A stretch of 64,000 bases of DNA from Stegostoma tigrinum (Eukaryota), in contig NC_081398.1 of the NCBI RefSeq assembly GCF_030684315.1, forward strand, positions 6,428,385 to 6,492,384, given 5' to 3'. Each line of letters starts with the position of its first letter. The first letter of the stretch is position 1. Made by a program: the position numbers and the translations under genes. This document shows positions 12,470 through 25,366 of this stretch, piece after piece. The notes beneath the pieces are model-generated. The model had not been told where the DNA came from. It saw nothing but the letters and a program-made list of their open reading frames with translations, and ran no database searches.

Positions 12470-13070
12470 CTCAGAGAGAGAGGATTCAAGTACAGGAGCA
12501 GATATGTCTGGTTGCAATTTCACAGGACTTTAGTGAGGCTGCACCTGGAGCAGTTTTAATCTCCTTAGCTGAGGAATGGTGTTCTAGCTGCAGATGGAGT
12601 GAAGTGGTGGGTTACTGGACTGAATCCTAAGATAGTAGGACTGTCGTATGAAGAGCGACTGGATCAGTTAGGATTATATTCACTGATATTTTGAAGCATT
12701 GGGGAGGGGGATCTTGCAGATTCCGATAAAATTCCAAAATGATAAACACAGCAGTGACATTCCCAATGACCGGCGAGTTCAGAACCAGGGATCACAGTCT
12801 AAGGATACATCGCAAACAGTTTACAAGTGAGTTGAGGAGAATTGGCTTCACCTAGAGAGGGGTAATCCGTGGAATTCCGTGCCACAGAAAGCAGCTGAGG
12901 ACAAAACCATAAATTTCTCTAGAAGGAGTTAGGTATAGTTTCTGGGGCTAAAAGGGTCAAAGGGCTTTGGGGGGAGATAGACTGAAAGATGGGGGACTGT
13001 GTTGGATGATCAGCGATGATCATATTAATGTGGAATGGTCTCCTCCTGCTTCCATTTTCTATGTGTCTAG
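12470..13070 (+). mobile_element. Old CR1 LINE 3' fragment
   Basis: Degenerate gtgaggctgcacctggag...tggaattccgtgccacagaaagc CR1 motifs. Confidence 0.7.
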
Positions 13071-14996
13071 GATTTCTGTGAGGGGTTAAAGTGGACAATA
13101 ACATAATCCCAATCTGTCTTTGCATCGTCACAGGGAATTGTCCAATCTGGATGAGGGTCTATGGCCCACCATGACCGGGCAGACTCCCTGTGATAAAATT
13201 TGTCGCACTGTCCTTTCACCTTCCTCTCATTCAAATATATCTCTGAGTTCCCTTTGGAAAGAGACTGTTACAGCTGCTCCGAGTGCCCTTTCAGGCATCG
13301 CTTTCCAGACCTGAACTTGACTCCTGATCATATATCCAGCCCTTCTGTCAACTATGGTAACATCTGGATCCCCTCCGCAACCAGATGTCAATGTTGCTGT
13401 CACGGGTAAACATGACCCTCAGAGCTGGAATGCCTCACTGGTGTGTTTTCTTCTTTCTATCATTGATCAATCCCTCGACAAGGATGGATTAACTCAGTTG
13501 GTGGTTAGTGCATTAAAGACATTAAAGCATATTTAAAGTTAGCAAGCAGGCATTACAGCAATGCAATCGATCTCTGTGTGAGTGCAGCTTGCAGACTCAC
13601 AGCAGGCTGAGAACCAGGCAGAACATTGTATACACACAACACATGAAGACCTCTGTCCTCTCTATACACAGGGGTCTAATCCCAATCACTGCACTATCAC
13701 CAGTCAATGAGCTGAGCTGGAGAAGTCACCAATCGTGGTTGATTCAGAGATCAAGGGAGAGGAGGAGAGAAATATTACCTGCCTCTGCCAACACTGTGGA
13801 AATTCAGAGTCTTCTACCGGACGGCTCTCTGTCCTTTGTCTGAAAGCTTGTCAGGTCTTCCTCACATTAATAGTGCTGCCTGAAGTTGACTCACAGTTCA
13901 TGAGCATGTGGTAAAGGGAAATGTCGGTTATAAGCATGGGTTTTGGTGTTGTTTAAGGACATCTGATTACTGATATCATATATCGCTGACCTTGCGGTAC
14001 CCAGTGAACCACTGACTGAGGCCATTATCAAGAAAGTCATTGACCAACGCAATATTGACCTCCCTCCCTTTGTTGAAGTCCCCTTCAATAAATAAACTCT
14101 GGGCCTTGAATCTCAATAGAGCACAAGGGCACAATACTGTCTGAAACAGAGTGGAGCAGTTCAGTAGCTTAGTTAGGAGTTAAAAAACAGGACCTCACTT
14201 TAACCCACAATGAGAGTGGTCAGGTCTGGACTACCCCAGAGTCTGTGTCACCTAAAGACCATGTTGGATCAGTTCTTGACCAGGCTGACTGATGGAACAG
14301 AGTGGTTACAAAACAGGTAGAGGCCTATCAGCTCACTGAACATTAACTAGACCTCCCACAATCAATGTGGGCCAACCAATGTTTAGCTGACAGCTAACAT
14401 TCCACATCTCATTGGGTCTCATTGTCCTCCCCACTCAAAACCCATCACCTCAGTCTCCAGTGCAGTCTACGCATTGCAGGAACAGGTCGTTCAGCCCAAC
14501 TAAATGCATGCTTGAATAGAGACAAAGGCAGATTCGCCAACAGTCACACACACTCTCCTCAGAGGAGATGCGTGATGCAACGAGCAGGAATCATTCACAA
14601 TTCCTTGGAGTGGAGCTGAGGGAAGAGGGTGAGAAGGCATGTAGTACAGATGGGAAGAGACCAGCAGAGGGAGGACCTCAGTGATGCTGGTGTTGGAGAT
14701 TGAGAGACTGAGTGCAGGGAGCATACAAAAACCTGGCTCTTGGGTGAAACCTCAGGCTTGTTGCCAGAACCCTGCTGCCTTTGCAGCTCTCACCCCATCA
14801 CAGCAGGTCCTTCATTAATTGGCCAGAGACTGATGAAGTGAGATACTGTAAGGGAATGAAATGGGAACATGCTGTGGAACAGATCACATCTTTGGCTGAT
14901 ACATGCGATTTACAGATCAAAGGCCCAATTCAACAGTGAACTGAGGGGAACAGGATCCCAGGGCAGAGCCCAATGGGATGCAGTTTATTTGCAGTG

Positions 14997-16320
14997 GACA
15001 GCATGGGGTTAGATACAGAGTAATGCTACCTGTACATCATCCCCCTGTACACCATCCCCCATCAAACAGACCAATGATAGAGACAGCACAGGGTTAGGTA
15101 GACGGTAAAGCTCTCTTTTCACCATGCCCATCAAACACTTCCATGACCGGTACAGTATGGGGTTAGATACAGTGTAAAGCTTGCTCTACACTGCCCCCAT
15201 CAAACACTCCTCAGGACAGTCATAGCAGGGGATTAGAGACAGAGTAAAGCTCACTCTGCATTGTGCCCATCAAACAATCCCAGCACCCAGAAAGCATGTG
15301 TGTAGATACAGATTAAAGCTTTCTCAATTAAATACTCCCAGGACAGAGTCAGCACAAGGTTAAATGCACAGTAAAGCTGCCACTACACTGTCCCATCAAT
15401 TATTCCCAGCACTTGCACAGCACAGAATTAGATATATAAACATATAAAATAATCAGAGGGTTTTGAAACATATAAAATAATGAGGGTTAGATAGGGTGGA
15501 TAGGGAGAGCCTTTTTCCTGGGATGGTGACGGCAAGCACGAGGGGGCATAGCTTTAAATTGAGGGGTGAAAGATATAGGACAGATGTCAGAGGTAGTTTC
15601 TTTACTCAGAGAGTAGTAAGGGAATGGAACGCTTTGCCTGTAACGGTAGTAGATTCGCCAACTTTAGGTACATTTAAGTCGTCATTGGACAAGCATATGG
15701 ACGTACATGGAATAGTGTAGGTTAGATGGGCTTGAGATCGGTATGACAGGTCGGCACAACATCGAAGGCCGAAGGGCCTGTACAGTGCTGTAATGTTCTA
15801 TGTTCTGTGTTCTAAAGCTGCCTCTACACTTTCGCCCATCAAAGGTTCCAAGAATAGTTACAGTACAGGGTTAGACACAGAGTATTACACTTTCCCCGTG
15901 AAACACACCCAGGACAGGGGCAGCACAAGCGTTAGATACGGAGTAAAACTCCCTGTACTTTTTTAATCTGAAAATAAAGTCCTCCCTGCTCTCTTATACT
16001 GAAAGTAAAGCTCCCTTCGCCCCCTTGTACTGGAACTAAAGACTCATGTGCACTGTCCCCAACAAACACTTCCAGGTCAGGGATGGCATGGGGTTAGATA
16101 CAGGCAAAGCTCTCTCCACGCTGTCACTCATCAAACTCTCCGAAGGACAGGGACAACACAGGGTAATATGCAACGTAAAGCTGCCTCTACACTGCCCAAA
16201 AGGGAACATCCCCGGGAAAGGGACACCACAGGGTTAGACACAGAGTAAAGCTCTCTCTGCACTGTCGCCCCATTAAACACACCCAGGACAGGGACAGCGC
16301 AGTTTCAGAGACAGAGTATC
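14997..16320. repeat. ~68-bp satellite array interrupted by a CR1 tail
   Basis: Repeating gggttagatacagagtaaagctccctctacactgtccccatcaaacactcccaggacagggacagcac; same unit at 28500-28875. Confidence 0.85.
15436..15813 (+). mobile_element. Young CR1 3' fragment
   Basis: Open frame TRGHSFKLRGERYRTDVRGSFFTQRVVREWNALP; (atgttct)n tail. Confidence 0.9.
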
Positions 16321-17166
16321 TTCAACACAGTCGGGAATAATGTCTGTCAGAAGCAGCCTGAATGACTGTGATGCATTCCAACCCCAGCCTCAGCTTGTTT
16401 TTAATGTCGACTGGTGCTTTTGCTCGTGGAAGAAGCAGGGCCACGGTTTCATCTGTCCCACGCAGAAGGCGCACCCAATCTGGGATCGATTCACACCAAA
16501 TAGCTGAGGCAGGAGCCCTGCATTTGTCCTGCCATCTCCCCACATCCCGGAGAAGGTAAAACTGGGATTAGAACTTGTTGGTCAATCCATACGATCCGCT
16601 TTAGAGTACATAATGAAAAAAAATTACAGAAACTCTTTTTTTGAACCTTTGATCGCTGGTAGCAGAACCAGTGACCAGAGGGGTGCAGAGTGAAGGGAAT
16701 TGACAAAGTATCCAGAGAGAGGGCTGGTCACTTTTATTTCCCCAGGCTGGGAGGGGCCGGGGGCAGTGGAGCTATGTCATGATCTCCTACACATTAGCAG
16801 TAAAGCAGATTGAACTGGAATTATACAAGCAGGATTTGTAAACGTTTATCTGGAGGGGACAATCTGCATGAATACAAGATAAAGAGGCAGACACATTAGG
16901 AAAGTCTTTCAAAGAGGCCATCAGGAGTAGGATGACACGAACGGCCCCCGTCAAAGGCAGAAATCCCCTGATGAATGACCGTCTTCCCCGTACGAAAGTT
17001 GAGAGTCACTAACTGATGGGGCACTCCAGTCTTGCGTTAACTCTCCTTTTTAATTATTAATCTCCATGGATCAATCAGCCCGTGAGTCAAGAATGTCAAA
17101 ACTCAGAGTGAGGGAGCGTTCGTTTGTGATTTTATAGGTTTGTGAGTGCAAGAATTTAAAAATCTT

Positions 17167-17555
17167 GCTGCAAACATCCCACTCCCTCCACCACCGACAC
17201 TCAGTCACAGCAGTGTGTACCATCGATAAGATACGCTACAGAAATTCTCCAAAGATCCTCAGACAGCACCTTCCAAACGCATGGCCCCTTCCACCTGGAC
17301 AAACAAAGGCAGCAGATACATGGGAACACCAGTCCCCTGAAAGTTCCCCTCTGAGCCACTCCCCATCCTGACTTGGAAATACATCGGCCCGTTCCTTCAG
17401 TGTTGCTGGGTCAAAATCCTGGAACTCCCTCCCTAATGGGTATCCCGACAACACATGGACTGCAATGTTTCAAAAAGGCATCTCACCGCCACCTTCTTGA
17501 GGGGCAACTAAGGACAGGCAATAAATGCTGGCCCAGCCAGCCATGAGTGAATAAA
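17167..17555 (+). mobile_element. L2/CR1-clade LINE 3' end
   Basis: HHRHSVTAVCTIDKI...LRQHLP; ends ggcaataaatgctggccc...atgagtgaataaaaaaaa. Confidence 0.7.
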
Positions 17556-17752
17556 AAAAACAGTGGAGTTTAGATGGAACCATTTTTGGAACAATTTTGA
17601 CACTGCATGGTAGGAAGGATATATTGCATTGGAGGTAATACACTGGAGGTAGCTTCACTGTTTTGATCACTGAGATAATGGGGTTGTTCTGTATGATAAG
17701 GGACTGAGTAAATTGGGGCATTATTCTCAGAGGTTTGTCGAATGAGCCGTGA

Positions 17753-18085
17753 TGGGGTGGCATGGTGGCTCAGTTGTTAGCACTGCTGCCTCAAAGTGCT
17801 TGGGACTTGAGCTCAATTCCACTGTTGGACGACTGTCTGTGTGGAGTTTGCATGTTCTTCCTGTGTCTGCATGGGTTTCCTCTGGGTGCTCTGGTTTCCT
17901 CCCATAGTCACAAAGGTTTGCAGGTTAGGTGAATTTGCCGCAGGAAATTGTCCATAATGTCAAGAGATATACAGGCTAGGCAGGTTAGCCGTGGGAATGC
18001 AGGTTTACAGGGATAGGGTGGGATGGTCTTCAAAGGGTCAGTGTGGACTTAATGGGCCAAATGGTCTGCTTCCACACTGTCTATG
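17753..18085 (+). mobile_element. V-SINE (HE1-like) tRNA-derived SINE
   Basis: A box tggctcagttgtt, B-box-like ctcaattcc, V-core gtggagtttgcatgttct...gggtttcc, CR1-like tail. Confidence 0.85.
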
Positions 18086-19139
18086 ATCTCATTCAAATTT
18101 GCAAGACTTTGAAGGGGTTTGAAAGAGTAGGCACTGAGAGGAACGGGAAGAGAGTGATCGAGAGTAGGAGGCATTGAGATAATGGGTGATAGAGAGAGAA
18201 AATGGAAGGGAGAGTGATGTTGAGCAAGACTGGTGTTGAGAGAGAGGATAAGAGATGCAGGTGTTTGAGAGAGAATAGGAAAAATATTGGGGATAAAAGA
18301 GAGAGGGTGAATGAGATGGTGACAGAGATAGAAATGGGAAGAATGAGAGAAAAGAAGTGGTGATGGAGTGTGGAGGTGGGAAAGAGATAGAATGAGGAGA
18401 AAAGAGAGAGGGAGAGGCAAATTTTAAAGATTGAAAACTCTCTTCAAGTGTTGCATGGCTTATCCAGTTTAGAGTTGTGAATTCCTGGATGAATGATGCG
18501 CTGTCTCTTCCTCTCCATGAAGACTTATGTCTACCTGATCAAGGCCTTCATTGGTTAGTCTTTTATTCTGGAAAACAAAACTCTGTGCAAGAACTCTGAG
18601 TGAGACCATTCAGCCCAGGTACTTTAGTTCCACTCAGAAAACCACTGCCTTCACCCAGGGTTGGGAATAGCAAATTCAGTGGTGAAGGGGAATGTAAAAA
18701 TAATAAATGAGAATGAAACATGTTTTAATGATTGGAAGAGTGATGGAGAAAAGAGGTTAACATTTTGTGAAGGGCTGGAATGGCGTTCCCAGGGATGGGG
18801 GAGAGTGGACACAGAGTGCTGGATTTTTCTATGATTCCATGACAAGCTGCTAAATCAGCATGCTCATCATTCTTTGCGTGAAGTGCTTCCTCACTTTGTT
18901 CTTAGTTTGGCTTGCAGTGGTCAGGCCATGTGTCTTCTTTCTTGCTGATGCAGTTGAATTTGAGATCCCAGAAAACTGCTAGAGGGTCTAACTGCTGTGT
19001 CACCATTGGAAGGGTGGGTGGGCTGAGTAAATTGCCTCAATATTCTCAGGTGTTTAGGAAAAGCAAACAAGAGGCAACCTCATTTGGAGATTCTAGAGGG
19101 GGCTTTGATGGGGGTGGAGGGGGTAATGGTGGTGATGTC

Positions 19140-19548
19140 CCTGTGGCATTATGGCTGGACTATTCATCCAGCAACTCACCTAATGCTCTGGGGACCTTGG
19201 TTCACATCCCGCCACAGCAGATGGTGGAATTTGACTTCAATAAAGAATCTGGAATTAATAGTCTCATGATAATCATTGCCAGTTGTTGGGGGAAAACTCA
19301 TCTGGTTCACTGATGAGCCTCTGCTCCTCTGGTCCTGCCTGGCCTGTTGTGTTCATCCAGCTCTACACCTTGTTATCGCTGGTTCACTATTGTATTTTAA
19401 GGAAGGAAATCTGTCATTCTTACCTGGTGTGACCTACATGTGACACAAGACTCAAAGCAACATGGTTGACTCTTAGTTAGCTGCAGAGCAATTAGGGATG
19501 GGCAATAAATGCTGGGCCTAGCTGGTGATATCCACATCCCATGAATGA
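19140..19548 (+). mobile_element. SINE family B with a small Penelope end (~19310-19378) inserted
   Basis: ctggttcact flanks both sides of the Penelope-end sequence ggcctgttgtgttcatccagctctacacc. Confidence 0.65.
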
Positions 19549-20233
19549 TAGAGTCATGAAACATAGAAACAAACCCTTCACTCTCACTTGTCCAAATCAG
19601 CCAAACATCCCATTTGCCAGCGTTTGGCCCATATTTCTCTGAACCCTTACTTCTCATGTACCCTTTCAGATGTCTTTTAAATGTTGGTAATTGTATCAGC
19701 CTCCACCACTTCCTCTGGCAGCTGGAAATCAATAAGAAAGAAGTTGAGGGATCATTTCACTTGAGGCGGGAACATAAAACAATTCTAAAAAAGGCACTGA
19801 GGCAATTTTACTTTTATAAGCAGAAGGAGGTTCGTGTGTGGAATGAGCTTCCAGAGGAAGTGGTGGATGTGGGTACAGTTACAGCATTTAAAAGACATTT
19901 GGATAAGTCCATGAGAAGGAAGGTTTGGAGGGATATGGTCAATATGCAGGCAGGTGGAACCAATCTGGTTTGGGATTATGGTAAGCATGGAGTGGTTGGA
20001 CCGAAGGGTCTGCTTCCATGCTATGCGACTCTATGATTAATTAATTAACCTGCCCTTGATTCTTTGCAATCGATTGAACAGTATTCTCTCAACGACAACA
20101 CCAGATATCTGGTGCAGCTTTTAAGGGAGTCTGCATGTGACATTACAACACTGATACGTAAATAGCTCACCCTGTAGGCAGCAAATGTAAAGGACCCTCA
20201 TCAAATGCAGCAGACACAGATCAAACACTCATC

Positions 20234-20288
20234 ATGAATCTGATACTCCTCCCTGCCTGGACCCTTGCTGTTTCTCTGCTTGTTGTTG
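20234..20288 (+). pseudogene. Leader exon of the Ig receptor pseudogene
   Basis: atcATG, MNLILLPAWTLAVSLLVV, G|gtaaga (phase 1); joins the V exon as ...VVVHC/IPEVHIIQP. Confidence 0.75.
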
Positions 20289-20479
20289 GTAAGAGAGGGG
20301 CTTGGCTACTATTTTGGAATCTGTCTGTTCTGATCTGGCTGCTCCTTTTCAAGCTTTCTGGAGAGGTAAAATCTGAAAGCATTCCTGTTGATGTGAAAAG
20401 GTGACATCCCTGACCCATTATCTGCTGGAAGGGGGCTGGAAAGGAGAGGAGGAAGCCAGCGGCGAAGTTAAGGAGCGGG

Positions 20480-21260
20480 CAGGTGGGGGAGATGGAAGAG
20501 GACGTCAGAGAAATAAAAGGAGGCAGAATAAAGATAGATGAAGCAACAGTAAAGACAGTGAGGAAGTAGGGAGAATGCTGGACAACAGGAGAGACAGGGA
20601 GGATAATAACAAGGGAATGGAGAGAAAGACAGAGACAGAGAGAGGGGGAGACGGAAGAGAGAGACAGAGGTAACGGGAAAAACAAAGAGAATTAGGGAGC
20701 TACAAACAGCAAGAGCAAACAAGAAAAACAGAGGAAAAGACAGATAGAGAAAGAAAGAGACCTAACAGGAAACACAAAGGAAATGAGAGAGAGAGAAAGA
20801 GAGCAAGAGCTAATAGGGAAGATAGACAGAATAAGTTAGAGGAGAAAGAGAGGGAGCAAAACAGAGAGATTGAGAGAGATTGAAGATCGAGTAATATAAC
20901 AACAGGAAAAAGAGAGAGATACACAGAGAGAGAAAAAAGAGAGTTAACAGAGAGACAAAGAAAAAGAGAGAGACATAGACAAAGAGAAAGAGCAAAAATT
21001 AACAGGGAAAACAGAGAATGAGAGCAAGAAAGAAGAAAGGGAGAATCATAAGTGGGGGAAAGAGAATGGGTGAGAATAAACTGAGAGGAGAATAAGAAAG
21101 ATGAGCATAAGGGATGCAAAAGACAGAGAGAACAGAGCAAAGAAAAGAAAGGAAAAGAGAAGGAACAGAAAATGTGGGATCAAGGAGATAAATTCAGAGA
21201 AGAAAAAGAGGGAAGGTTAGAGAAAGAGGAACAGAGGCAGAGTGAGGAAACAGTGGATGA
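20480..21260. repeat. GA-rich low-complexity tract
   Basis: Purine-rich degenerate (GA)n; the overlapping S/L/F-rich ORFs are artefacts. Confidence 0.85.
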
Positions 21261-22544
21261 GTTCGACAGAAGTAAGAACAAGAGACATGGAGACACAACG
21301 CAAATTGATTTCTTTAGGGGCCAATCTTACGTTGCCTGGTCGAAAAGAGTGGGAGGTTTTATTTCGACATGCTGAGGTTATTTTGGACAGAGGATCAGGA
21401 AGCGAAGTCCAGATGGATTGTCTGGTCTGGCCTCTTGCAACTCTTGAGCCGATTGTTAATGTTTAATGAATTGACAGCGCATCATTGGCTTGAGTGGCGA
21501 TGTTCCCCAAGTGGAGAAAGGTTTGTGTCTACTCCTCGCAAGTAAAGGCGATAATGGAGACTCTGAGAAAGAATAAGGGTGCAGTGAACATTTAAATGGA
21601 AGAAACTTGGGGCTCTTAAGTAAGACTTAGATTAGAACTTGCCCTGAGGACAACTGAGTACTTTTATACAATCACGCAACATTAGAGCAACTAGCTAAAT
21701 ACATGCTGTTCGCTTCAATGTATGCACGCTGTACCTTTTAGCTTCCACGTACAAAATACGTGAGAAATTCAATTTGTTGTTTTAACCTGCAATGCTCAGA
21801 TTTATCCCATATTCTCCAATATGCAGCAACAACTCACGTTTCGAGAGCCCCTGAAATTGAACTTGAAGCCCCAAGGCACTTCATAAGAGTCTTCTCGAAT
21901 GAGCTACAATTGATGGAGGCATTTGAAAGAGAAAGATGAGAGTTTGAAATGGAAGCATGGCTTAACTTGGGAGAGGGAGGGTAGCTGGTATGGTCAGCAG
22001 GTACTGGAAAGGTTGGTGAAAAGAGGGATATAGGGGACTTGGCTTGAGTGGCAAAAGGGATAGTGTAAATTTTATTGTCCTTGCCTGTGAAAGTTGGCAA
22101 TGAACTGAATGCCTATGTAGTAAGTTCAGAGTCCATCACATTGTTGTGTGTCTGGAGTCACACATAAGCCAGGACAGGTAAGGATGGCAGATTTCCTTCC
22201 CTAAGGGGCATGAGTGAAGCAGTAGGTATTTTATAAAAAGCCAAGATAGTCAGTGCGGTCACCATGACAGGCACCACATCCCAATGCCATGATTTTGTGG
22301 CTAATGACTTTCAAATTTTTGACCACCTAACCTCGGGAAGCTTTTTAAGTCATGACCCCAGGATATGAGCCAGTGATGTTACCAATATACACGTGTGCAA
22401 GCAATGAAATGAACTTGATACTACAAGTCATTGTATTTGCTGGGGTAGATGGTGATCAGACTTTCCAAGGTTTTGGAGTAGCTTTGTAGCTGGGGTTGTG
22501 GATGATGTGGTTGGTTGGCTCATCGAGCTGGCTCGTTGTTGTTA

Positions 22545-22584
22545 GCAGACGTTTCATTACCCTTCTGGGTAACATCATCAGTAC
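22545..22584 (-). ncRNA. Minimal type I hammerhead ribozyme motif
   Basis: GUA-CUGAUGA-UGUUACCC-AGAA-GGGUAAU-GAAA-C-GUC-UGC: core boxes, stem II and a 3-bp stem I are present. Confidence 0.7.
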
Positions 22585-23073
22585 AGACTTCAATGAAACA
22601 TCTTCTTCATGGAGTGCCAGGCTTCCAGGAACTCCCGTGCCTGTCTCTGCTTTGCTTGTCCCAGAATCTTGGTGTTGTCCCAAACAAATTCGTGTTTCTC
22701 CTGATCCATGTGGATGGAGAGCAGTGAGTATTGTTCATGTCTTTTTGTAGCCAATTTGTGTTTGTGTACACTTTGTTGTTAATTTAGGGGGTACTGGGTC
22801 TTTGGTTTGGGTGAACAGCTGTCGTGCGGTTGATATAGGTTTGTGTGCCACTACCCATTATGGCAGGACCAATGTCATATACAAGATTGCCTGCAGAGAC
22901 TACAACAAACACCACATCGGAAAAACAGGAAGGAAAGCCATCAACACGCACATAGAACTTGACGCCATATGCACTCCATTGTGAAGGAAAGCCGGAAGTG
23001 AGGTAATCCAGCTCAACGGACTCCAGAGTTTAAAAACCAGATGGAAAAACACAACAGCACTTCATCAGAGGCT

Positions 23074-23113
23074 GCACTGATGATGTTAACCAGCAGGGTA
23101 ATGAAATGTCTGC
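23074..23113 (+). ncRNA. Minimal type I hammerhead ribozyme motif (slightly degenerate)
   Basis: GCA-CUGAUGA-UGUUAACC-AGCA-GGGUAAU-GAAA-U-GUC-UGC. Confidence 0.6.
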
Positions 23114-23494
23114 GGAACAGCAATGAACCAGCTTGGCAAGCCAACCAACCACAACATCAGACTCTGGAGGTAATTGTCATCCAGGGTGATCGGATCCAAC
23201 ATGGTCTCATTGAAAACAGTGAGGACTTGAATGGCCCACTTCAGCTCTACAACTCACAGTCAGACTTCATGCTCCAACCCTGAAGTTCTTGTCTCTGAGT
23301 TCTGATTCTAAATATCAATTTTGTTTTGCTCCCCCTCTCCCCTGCTGAGTTCCTCCAGCATTCTGTACATTTGATCCTTTTCCAGTTTGAGACTGGGGTC
23401 TGCAGCACTCACATGACAAAATCAAGATTCTGTTATTCGCAGCAACACACCACATACAGCCTGTTGATACTCATAACCTTCCACATGGAGTTGG

Positions 23495-24230
23495 AGAGTC
23501 ATACAGCATAGAAATAGACCCTTCACTCCAAATCATCCATGTCAAACAGATATTCTAAATTAAACAGGTCCCATTTTCCTGTATTTGGCCAGTATCGCTC
23601 AAAACCCACCCTATTCAAATAACCATCAAGATGCCTTTTCAGTAATGTAATTGTACCTGCCTACATCACTTCCACTAGCAGTTCAGTCCACACATGAATC
23701 ACTCTCTTTGTGAAAAAGTTGCCTCCCAGGTCCCCTTTAAACATTTCCCCTCACACTTCAAGCCTATGCCTTGTAGTTTTGGACTCCCCTACCCTTTGAA
23801 TAAGACCTTGACAATTCACACTATCCATGCCCCGCATGATTTTACAAACCTCTGAGGTCACCGCTTTCCAGAGAAAATAACCCCAGTCTATTCGGCTTCT
23901 CCCGATAGCTCAAACTCTCCAACCCTGGTGACATCCTTTGTCACCACCCTTTCAAGTTTAACGACATCTTTCATCCAGCAGGGAGTCCAGAATTGAATGC
24001 AATATTTGAAAAGTGGCCTAAACAATCTGCTGTACAGCTGCAACATGACATCCCAACTCCAATATTCAATACACTGACCAATAAAGGCAAGTGTACCAAA
24101 CGCCTTCTACACAGGCTTCCCTTAGAAGTCAAACACTCCAATCCCGGTAACATCCTGATAAATCTTTTCTGCACTGCTTTCAATTGAATAACATCCTTCG
24201 TATAGCAGGGTGAGCAGAACTGTAGGCAGA
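23495..24230 (-). mobile_element. CR1 LINE 3' fragments (two joined pieces)
   Basis: QFCSPCYTKDVIQLKAVQKRFIRMLPGLE plus CR1 tail. Confidence 0.8.
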
Positions 24231-25366
24231 ACCCCAAAGAGTTTGGCCCATATGTTGGGCTTGCAACCCTGGGAACTATTAACAATGCCTAGCACTGGAT
24301 TAATGTTCCAAGTTGATGATGAAGTTTAATTGCCTCTTCCTTTTTTCTGTCACTTTAATGAATCTCATGTTGCTTTTTTCCACAAAGATGGAAAGTGAAA
24401 TCCTCCAGAGGCCCTCCTTTCGCACACTTTCTGAAGTCAAAGCCACATTTCTGCACTGCATCTTATGAACACAAACCACAGACATAATGGAACTGAACTT
24501 CACCTGGACTGTTGGCAGCTCAAAGATAATCTGTGCTTATTTTTCTATGTCCTGCCAGGGTGAAAATTCTGATCCAAAATTTTCCATCACAGTTCATTTA
24601 GTAAACAAATCTTCAATCTCAACCATCAACTGTGCATCTCTAAACTAGATTGGTGTCTATAGGTGTCAGGCCCAAATCTTCAAACCTTACCCAGTCTAGA
24701 CACTCACTGACAATGGATCTGTTGTACTGGTGCAAAGTAGGTGCTGCTTAAGCCTTCCTACCACTATCAAAAATGCATGATTACATTTCTGTTCCATCTT
24801 AAACTGCAATGGTCCTATCTCAGGCCCAGCATGTTTTGGCACAACAAACAAGGACAGGACTTGTACAATTAATGGTGGAGCCTTTGGGTAGTGGTGTCGA
24901 ACCCTAGGCGTTCAAGCACAAAACCCCTGGAAGTTTGCGTCATATGTAAACAGGGTGGTTTAAAAGACATTGCTTGAGATCTAGTGACCATCAGGTTAAA
25001 CATGTCTCTCCAATGATGTGAGTGGGGGCATGGCAACTTAACAACTAAATATATGCTGTTCAGCTGAACTGTTTCCTGAGGGACGAAGTCGCACACTTAC
25101 CCATTCTCTGAACAACAATGTTTCTCCAGAGTTCCCATCTAGATTTAATTGTGACTCTTCCAGATCAATACAGAAGCCTAAGTTCTGTTCTCCAGTAGAA
25201 GTAGGGCCATCTTCTCGATCTATCTGTTGATCTCTCTCATTGTCTTCTATCAGATCATCCCTCTGCCTCCTGGGGAATGTGTGCATGTTTTCTGATGATT
25301 TATCCTCATTCGTATTTAAATATCTGGTGACTCTGAGTCCGTGGACACCTTCAATGACTTATCCAG

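Larger units (their letters stand above)
22494..23160. mobile_element. Second Penelope-like family: old fold-back copy with GIY-YIG remnant
   Basis: Plus strand TNVIYKIACRDYNKHHIGKTGRK (GIY-YIG); minus strand VAHKPISTARQLFTQTKDP (PLE linker); inverted ends ~22505-22610 and ~23055-23157. Confidence 0.75.

Noticed and set aside
14997-16320. Regularly spaced repeats resembling a CRISPR array
   Set aside because: Eukaryotic context, whole units repeat with no unique spacers, and there are no cas genes.
16466-16556. Exon-like segment (cgcag|...GAAG|gtaaaa)
   Set aside because: No recognisable protein and no partner exons; at most non-coding.
17753-17825. tRNA-like sequences at SINE heads (also 47932, 56303)
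   Set aside because: They continue into the V-SINE core and LINE tail; not tRNA genes.
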